43,914 nucleotides of DNA from Octopus bimaculoides (Eukaryota). A program made the position numbers and the translations under genes. The notes under the pieces are model-generated. The model had not been told where the DNA came from. It was given only the letters and a program-made list of their open reading frames with translations, and did not search any database. Below are positions 36,080 through 43,914 of this stretch, piece by piece; positions within the stretch are counted from its first letter, which is position 1, and the number at the start of each line of letters is the position of its first letter. The stretch covers positions 117,045,030 through 117,088,943 of the forward strand of contig NC_068982.1 of the NCBI RefSeq assembly GCF_001194135.2, given 5' to 3'.

Positions 36080-37330
36080 CAGCTATTGATGAAATGACCG
36101 TAAACCGAGTCTCAGGCCCTGATGTGTTCCTGGAAATACTCCTAAAGAAATGCAAATGTTCATTCCAAATGAGCGACTTCCCAGAAACTTAAAGGAAAGC
36201 ACAATATGGCCTATCCATAAAATGAGGCAATCTTGCTAAAGAAATGCAAAGTGGCTTTAGCAAAACGACTGCAGATCCTCTTCCAAAGCTTCAATCCTAA
36301 TGACAGACATCCCAGAAATCTAAAGGAAAGCATAAAACGCCCTATCTATAAAATGAGGTAGCAAGTCGGATGCTAAAAATTATCGGCCTGACTCTCGAAT
36401 CTCACATCACCACAGTCATGGAATGCATTGTCAGGAGGAATCTGATCACATTCTCAAAAGATAATGATTTGCTGCATGATACTCAGCAAAGTTTCCAATG
36501 GGAAAAGAGCGGCCTTACATAGTTTAGGCAGCATTATGACTGGTTGTTGAAGTAAAAATGTATCGTAGAAAAGTGTATGCGATATATCATGATTTTGAAA
36601 TATCCTTCGATTAAGTTGATCTCGGGATAATATATCCATGGCGACAATAACAGCCTCAAGGAACTATCTTGGAGTAGCTGCTGTTTATGGCACTCTCTGA
36701 GACATTCCAAAATTTACAAGGTCATCCACACTTACTAGCTGTGCCAAATATACAAAACTAGTACAAGCAGTTAAAAGTACCTTTCGATGCTAATCTTCTA
36801 GAAAAATACCTAGATGTCATATGTAAATGGGCTGAAGAAAACATCTTACAACATAAAGCAAGAAAATTAAAATCCCTTTGCTATAAAGCAACTTGTGTTG
36901 ACAAGTCGCAGTAAAGATACTTTGGATTAAGAACAGTAGCAATCCCAGTGTCAAGCACAGAGCGTTATCTGGGAATCCATATGAGTAACGACACCTCGTT
37001 TGTTTTTTCACGTCACAAACATGGCGCCAGTGTACAAGCGAATGACCAGATGGATTATGAGAACTTTAAGAACAGGGGACCAGGAAGCAATGCTGATTGT
37101 ATGCAGGCTATTTGTCCTCATCCTGCTGGAGTGCTACTCACAGCTGTCAACAACCCACAGTATCAATTTAATAGCGAAACTTAAGTTATTTGATATCTTA
37201 CCAAAATATTTGAGAGAACTACATGGAGAGGTGTAAATGTTTTCGGGAGGCTTGATTTCTTCATGTTCAAGGTCGTAAATAAAATAAAGCTAAGTCACAA
37301 GAAATTCCAAAGGGAGCAGCAGTGTCAAAT
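36080..37330 (+). mobile_element. Decayed CR1-group LINE, RT region with deletions
   Basis: AIDEM....SGPD.F..ILLKKCK, LQILFQSF, GSKSDAKNYRP, VMECIVRRNLITF..NDLLHDTQQSF, YHDFEISFD*VD, KWAEEN, YLGIHMSND.SF, WIMRTLRT. The YADD motif has degenerated to CAKY. Confidence 0.85.
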
Positions 37331-37450
37331 CCCACGCTTCTCCAAGATCCAGTTGCAAAAGAAAGGTGAAAAAACTGGCGGTGCCCTAGCATGGTCACTC
37401 CCTGTTGGCTGAAACGCACAAAAGAATAAAAGAGTGTATATGTGCGTGTG

Positions 37451-37487
<37 letters not shown>

Positions 37488-37981
37488 NNNNNNNNNNNNN
37501 NNNNNNNNNNNNNNNNNNNNNNNNNNNNNNNNNNNNNNNNNNNNNNNNNNNNNNNNNNNNNNNNNNNNNNNNNNNNNNNNNNNNNNNNNNNNNNNNNNNN
37601 NNNNNNNNNNNNNNNNNNNNNNNNNNNNNNNNNNNNNNNNNNNNNNNNNNNNNNNNNNNNNATACATATACATACATGATGGCAGTCCACTCGTAACCGC
37701 GGAAGACCATTGCCGACCTTCAAGAACATTGTGCGCTCTAGGACTAACTTATATTTTGCACTTGCGGCTCCGTTGGTGGCTAATGAGCACCTGCTCTTGA
37801 CAAGCATACACGAATGCAAACATTGCAGACCAAGCTTTCTCCATTCGCTATACGAACTGTGCGCTTTCGCGCAGCTCGCTTAAATTCTTCATGCTGGATA
37901 CGTGCTCTCATACATAGAAATACAAACGCGCACACATCTGTAAAAGATGAAAGTAGTAGCTATACTACAAAGTAATGTTTA

Positions 37982-38229
37982 TCGCCACTTCAATATAGCT
38001 ATTCCGTAGGAACCGACGTTACTACCGTTTTAACCCCGAGAGAAGCTTCCTCTAGGTGTTTATAGATGCAATCTGCAATATATATTTCAAGCAGGGAAGC
38101 GAACTTCTCCCTTGCTTGCAATGTAAATCGGGTACAAATTGCATTGATAACCAGCTGTAGGAATCTCCTCCTGGGGTTAAAAACGGTAGTAACGTCGGTT
38201 CCTACGAAACAGCCATATTGAACTGGCGA
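37982..38229. mobile_element. ~250-bp palindromic (foldback) MITE-like element, TA-flanked
   Basis: Arms 37982-38037 and 38173-38229 differ by 4 substitutions and 1 indel and include a 27-bp perfect block. Central hairpin at 38088-38118. TA at 37980-1 and 38230-1. Confidence 0.85.
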
Positions 38230-38234
38230 TATAT

Positions 38235-38291
<57 letters not shown>

Positions 38292-38923
38292 NNNNNNNNN
38301 NNNNNNNNNNNNNNNNNNNNNNNNNNNNNNNNNNNNNNNNNNNNNNNNNNNNNNNNNNNNNNNNNNNNNNNNNNNNNNNNNNNNNNNNNNNNNNNNNNNN
38401 NNNNNNNNNNNNNNNNNNNNNNNNNNNNNNNNNNNNNNNNNNNNNNNNNNNNNNNNNNNNNNNNNNNNNNNNNNNNNNNNNNNNNNNNNNNNNNNNNNNN
38501 NNNNNNNNNNNNNNNNNNNNNNNNNNNNNNNNNNNNNNNNNNNNNNNNNNNNNNNNNNNNNNNNNNNNNNNNNNNNNNNNNNNNNNNNNNNNNNNNNNNN
38601 NNNNNNNNNNNNNNNNNNNNNNNNNNNNNNNNNNNNNNNNNNNNNNNNNNNNNNNNNNNNNNNNNNNNNNNNNNNNNNNNNNNNNNNNNNNNNNNNNNNN
38701 NNNNNNNNNNNNNNNNNNNNNNNNNNNNNNNNNNNNNNNNNNNNNNNNNNNNNNNNNNNNNNNNNNNNNNNNNNNNNNNNNNNNNNNNNNNNNNNNNNNN
38801 NNNNNNNNNNNNNNNNNNNNNNNNNNNNNNNNNNNNNNNNNNNNNNNNNNNNNNNNNNNNNNNNNNNNNNNNNNNNNNNNNNNNNNNNNNNNNNNNNNNN
38901 NNNNNNNNNNNNNNNNNNNNNNN

Positions 38924-38955
<32 letters not shown>

Positions 38956-39344
38956 TTTGTGTGTATGTGTGTGTATGTGCGTGCGTGTGCTTCTGTGCTT
39001 GTGTGTGTCTGTATATTGTGCGTATGTGTTCAATGCACACAAACGCACAAACGTCACTTAATTAGAAAACTCTGAAGATGTTTAGGTATAGTGAGTCAGA
39101 TAATACATCTCAAATTGTGTTTCCTGTTTTTCGGAAGCAAACTTACTTGCTTATTTTATCGATGTAGTGTTGGCTTGCCTGCAGAAGAAGGAAATATATT
39201 AAAAACAGAAGAGAGAAAGATAGAAGACAAAAATACCTAATGGAGAAGAAATAAGTACTTAGGCCTGTGTCTTTACGTATCTATATATATAAAGAGAACG
39301 AAAGAGTGAAACAGAGGGTGTGTCTGGTGTATTCATCTAAATGG

Positions 39345-39387
<43 letters not shown>

Positions 39388-39815
39388 AGAACATACTTCC
39401 ACTCACCCACATATATATGGATGTGTCTATCTTCATACACATATACATAAACATGTGTATATATGTATGTAGACATGTACATATATATGTATGAGTGTGC
39501 GTGTGTGTGTTTGCGTATGCCAAGTGTAGTGTATCTTATTTTGTGTTCACTTGTATATATTCACTTGTATATGGTAATGAGTGTGTGTGTGTGTAATCGA
39601 TCTTTAAATGTATTTGATAATAACGAACCTAAAATTATTGGTTTGTGCCAAATAGTCTGTGGAGTGTGACAGACATTTTCGTGTATCTTTTACAGAAAGA
39701 GTTGTGTGATAATATCAAGCCTTATGTGGACTGATATGTATTCATTTTGTAATAATTGTCACTACGGTTGAAGATGAAGATTATTAGATTATTATTATCA
39801 GTATTAGTATAATTA

Positions 39816-40031
39816 GGGCAGCCAGCTGGCAGAGTCGTTAGCATGCTGGACGAAATGCTTAGCAGTATTTCGGCTGCCACAAAGTTCTGAGTCGACTTTG
39901 TCTTTCATCCTTTCAGGGTCGATAAATTAAGTAGCAGTTAAAGACTTGACTCGATGTAATCGACTACTCCCCTTCTCACACATATGAGGCCTTGTTCCTC
40001 CAGGAGATAGGATTATTGTTATCATTATTAA
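39816..40031 (+). mobile_element. tRNA-derived SINE (family A), copy 6 (B-box region deleted)
   Basis: ctggcagagtcgttagcatgctggacgaaatgcttagc...ttctga|gtcgactttgtctttcatcctttcagggtcgataaattaagtagcag...gatagg followed by an att-type tail. Confidence 0.85.
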
Positions 40032-40277
40032 GGAGGCGAGCTAGCAGAATCGTTAGCACGCCGGGCAAAATGTTAGCGGCATTTCATCTGTCTTTTTGTT
40101 CTGAGTTCAAATTCCGCTGACGTCGACTTTGCCTTTTGTCGTTTCGGAGGAGATAAATTAAGTAACATTGGCGTAGTCGAGTCGATATAATTGCCTGGCC
40201 CCGTGCTCCAAAATTTCAGGCCTTGTTCCTATAATAGAAAGGACAATAATTATCATTTTATTATTATTATCATTATT
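40032..40277 (+). mobile_element. tRNA-derived SINE (family A), copy 7
   Basis: ggaggcgagctagcagaatcgttagcacgccgggc...ctgagttcaaattcc...ccttgttcctataatagaaagg followed by an att-type tail. Confidence 0.88.
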
Positions 40278-41312
40278 GTATTAAAACTCACAGCTTGTAT
40301 TGCTGGGTTTGATGGAAAGTATCATCTGACCACAGGCAGCAGACTAAGGTGACACTTGTTTACTGGTCGTGCTTGCTTCAAGAACCCTGCGAAGAATTCT
40401 TGCAGTTCCAAGCAATGCTGATTTTTGTAAGTGTTCTACCTTCACACTTGTACTGATCTTTTTCAGCCACTTACTGATCTTTTTCACCACTTACTATTGG
40501 TATCACGTTTACTCTCTTTATTGACCACAACCTTCGTATTTTTCACTTCAAATCGTCATAGTTGTTTATTTTTTCTCTTTTCATATTGCTCATGTTGTCA
40601 CCAGGGCATGCTATGTGGGTTATCATACATGTTCTTTGTTTTTTATTCACCACAACAATGTCCGGTTTCCGATGTGTGGTCGGGTGATTGGACTAGATCA
40701 TTGCATCCCACAAGATTTTGCAATTCTCTTTATCGGTGACTTTTCTAGAGTCTCCTGATACCACGTCTTTGTTCTTTGTAGGCTGTGATTTTCACAGAGC
40801 ACCCAATGGATCATTCTTACCACATTGTCATGGCATCTTTTGTATTCACGTTGTGACAATTTTGGGCATTCGCTAACAATGTGATATACCGTTTCACCCC
40901 TCTTACCACACATTCTGCATTTGTCGATACTGGTAGTGTTGTCTTTTCTGGACATCATATAATTTGATCCTTAACGCTTAGTTCTAAGATGTGCATGAGT
41001 GATTCTCTGTGTGTCCAGGTCATAACTCCTCATCCATAGCCACCAGTCCTCTGCATCTATCCTGGTGTTCACATCTCTTGCAAATTGACCGTACATTTTC
41101 TTTACCTACCATGCTCTTTATTATTTTCGTTCATTTGTTTAATTTTGTACTATCAACAATTTTCTAGTCTTGGTATCCATTTGCCATTTTATAATTCTCG
41201 CTCCATATCGAAGTGATGCTATCACCCATGTATTAACTAATTGGATTTTATTCCTTCCCTTCCTATCAATTTTGAGCGAAACACCAACCTCAGTTTTCGA
41301 AAATACTTCATA
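40278..41312 (-). mobile_element. 5'-truncated R4/Dong-clade LINE, second subfamily
   Basis: Minus strand: YFRKLRLVFRSKL...VNTW...LRYGA, KMYGQFARD, CRMCGKRGETVYHIVSECPKLSQREYKRCHDNVVRMIHW (CCHC knuckle), QSPDHTSETGH (degenerate RPD), and VEHLQKSALLGTARILRRVL. A short 3' UTR and aat tail follow. Confidence 0.88.
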
Positions 41313-41425
41313 TTCTTCTTCTTCTTCTTCTTCTTCTTCTTCTTCTTCTTCTTCTTCTTCTTCTTCTTCTTCTTCTTCTTCTTCTTCTTCTTCTTCTTCT
41401 TCTTCTTCTTCTTCTTCTTCTTCTT

Positions 41426-41483
<58 letters not shown>

Positions 41484-41506
41484 GTAGTAGTAGTAGTAGT
41501 AGTAGT
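41313..41506. repeat. Compound (TCT)n(TAT)n(TAG)n microsatellite
   Basis: Visible array at the 5' junction of the R4 fragment. Confidence 0.97.
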
Positions 41507-42241
41507 AAAGCGATGCTCTTCTAAATTCTGTTATTTGTTTTCCTTTGCAGTACGGAATGTTTACTGCAGTTTACCTCACGAGACACCTTAACGTTTCGGC
41601 ATTGCTCATTTCGTCAACCAACATTACAGTTATGCATCTCGACGCACAACGTATAGCAACTGTCAACATTATGCAATTCGTATATCAATTTACCAGAAAT
41701 CCAAATATAACGAAGTGGTGACTTTATATACTTTATATACAACCGAAAATCAATGAACATCTTCAAAAAGACATTCAGGAGGTCACTCGCGAATCAGTAT
41801 CTATTGGCACCTATAAAAATAAAAATAAATCTGGGGGAACATTGCCATAACCCGTAGTAAGCATGATTGTTTAGATATTATCCTTGGTGATACTGATGAA
41901 AANNNNNNNNNNNNNNNNNNNNNNNNNNNNNNNNNNNNNNNNNNNNNNNNNNNNNNNNNNNNNNNNNNNNNNNNNNNNNNNNNNNNNNNNNNNNNNNNNN
42001 NNNNNNNNNNNNNNNNNNNNNNNNNNNNNNNNNNNNNNNNNNNNNNNNNNNNNNNNNNNNNNNNNNNNNNNNNNNNNNNNNNNNNNNNNNNNNNNTAATG
42101 TTCCTAAATTGAACAGAAGCACACAGCCACATACGCACAGACACAAACAGTAACACGTACAACACATTTAAAGAGCTATGTAGTACACAAATTATATACA
42201 CCGAATATATGACCTAAAATGTATCTGCATACAAGTATATT

Positions 42242-42310
<69 letters not shown>

Positions 42311-42549
42311 ACGCCAACTCAATCACATAATCCAGGATCGCAAGAGCTGTCTTGATGTTTTTCACCTTGCTAGTAACTGGCCTGAAGTTTGCAAAGGTAA
42401 AATCGTATGTTCTAAAACAAAAAGAACGTGTGCATGTATATACATACAAATATGTACCCAAACATAGATAAATATATATACTTAAACACATGCATACAAA
42501 TAATCATCCACATACATATGTAGTAACACACATTCTTTCATTATGTTTT

Positions 42550-42550
<1 letters not shown>

Positions 42551-42630
<80 letters not shown>
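42551..42630. repeat. (TCTA)n microsatellite
   Basis: Visible array. Confidence 0.97.
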
Positions 42631-42631
<1 letters not shown>

Positions 42632-43027
42632 ATGTAGGGAAAAAATATCCAATGTATGTAGTCGAAGTATTAGTCATAATAACAGCAAATAAAAGTGAGA
42701 TTATCCATTGTCGTTAATCCGAGATTCAGGTAATTACTTTCGACACAACTGAATTCTTTATTTAAATTACTAGCTTATATAGCGATGAAATGAAGCTTAT
42801 AAATACATGTATTTATATGCACATTCTTTCTTGAGTTTACGAGTCGTTACTTGTTAGTTTAAGGTGAAATAAAATTGAAAAAATTCCACATCTAACGAAA
42901 TATTGGGCAGTTAATACTACACGTACGCACCCCCCCCCACACACACACATGCATGCACACATACATACATATATATGGGAGAATATACAAAAAATAACAA
43001 CAGACGAGGACAGGTGGNNNNNNNNNN

Positions 43028-43070
<43 letters not shown>

Positions 43071-43774
43071 AATGAATCATTTCAATCTCACACACATGCA
43101 CAAACATATACAAAGTATCAGCATGCATGGTAGTTTTAAATTTAAGAAGGCTGCAGTGTGGAAATAATTATAAATGCCTTTTAGAAACGCAGCTACGTCG
43201 TACTAAAAATAATGTCTTTAGTGCGGTTTACAAGCAGCATTAAAAAGTTAATGATTGGAGCTATATAAATAATGATTACTCGGGTATAACCAAGCAAAAT
43301 AGCCTTAAAAGCGAACATCATATATAAGACTACATTATACGGGAATTCGGAGACGAATTCAACGTAATATATGAACCATTAAATACGTCATTTACAAAAC
43401 GCATGATACGTAATGTATATCGTCTTGCATAGTAGTTAAGGTAACCGGCCTATATTCATATGCACGGGGATTTATATCCAATACTGGATGCGACATTGCG
43501 TTCATGAGCAACGCATTTCATATCACGTTGATCCAGTAGTTATCGTTAATGCGTACCAACCAGATGTTGTTGCAGCACGCTTCCCCTACAACTGTCACTT
43601 CCTTGGTATTTTTGATGGATCAAAGATGAAGAGGGCCGAGTGACTGCCTTTATCTGCTAGTATATCCATAAAAGACAAACAGCGTTGGAGAATCACGATG
43701 CATTTTACCAAGCCATACTTGCTGTACACACTTTCTCTCTCGACGTGTATATATACATCTCTCTATTTGTGTTT

Positions 43775-43820
43775 GTCCACCCGTCCTTCTATCCATCCAT
43801 CTATCTATCCATCCATCCAT

Positions 43821-43855
<35 letters not shown>

Positions 43856-43914
43856 CCCGTCCATCCGTCCTTCCATCCACCCGTCGTTCCGTCCTTCCAC
43901 CCATCCGTCCATCC
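43775..43914. repeat. (TCCA)n/(TCCG)n microsatellite
   Basis: Visible array running to the window end. Confidence 0.93.

Noticed and set aside
43482-43538. Hairpin tactggat/atccagta plus tgcgtt/aacgca as a possible pre-miRNA
   Set aside because: A large asymmetric bulge of about 10 nt and only short helices make it unlike a Drosha/Dicer substrate.

Overview
This is AT-rich eukaryotic non-coding DNA from a short-read scaffold, with 16 N-gaps, most of them flanked by microsatellites. The SINE families and repeat landscape are most consistent with an octopus (cephalopod) genome; that assignment is inferred from recognition, not from a search. No intact protein-coding gene can be supported, and almost all ORF-track entries are microsatellite or gap artefacts. 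The window holds decayed retroelements from several clades (RTE x2, Hero, Tx1/L1, R4/Dong x2, CR1-group, Penelope-like), nine tRNA-derived SINE copies of two types, two TA-flanked foldback MITE-like elements, and two possible short spliced exons. The most interesting signals are two families of short non-coding repeats carrying hammerhead ribozyme (HHR) cores. (1) A ~140-bp element in 3 copies, one with an intact minimal type I HHR at 35371-35416 (-). (2) A repeat family whose copy at 23178-23232 (-) has all three HHR core segments in a non-circularly permuted order. SINEs and AAT-tailed elements also stack repeatedly inside (ATT)n microsatellites with opposite strand polarity.
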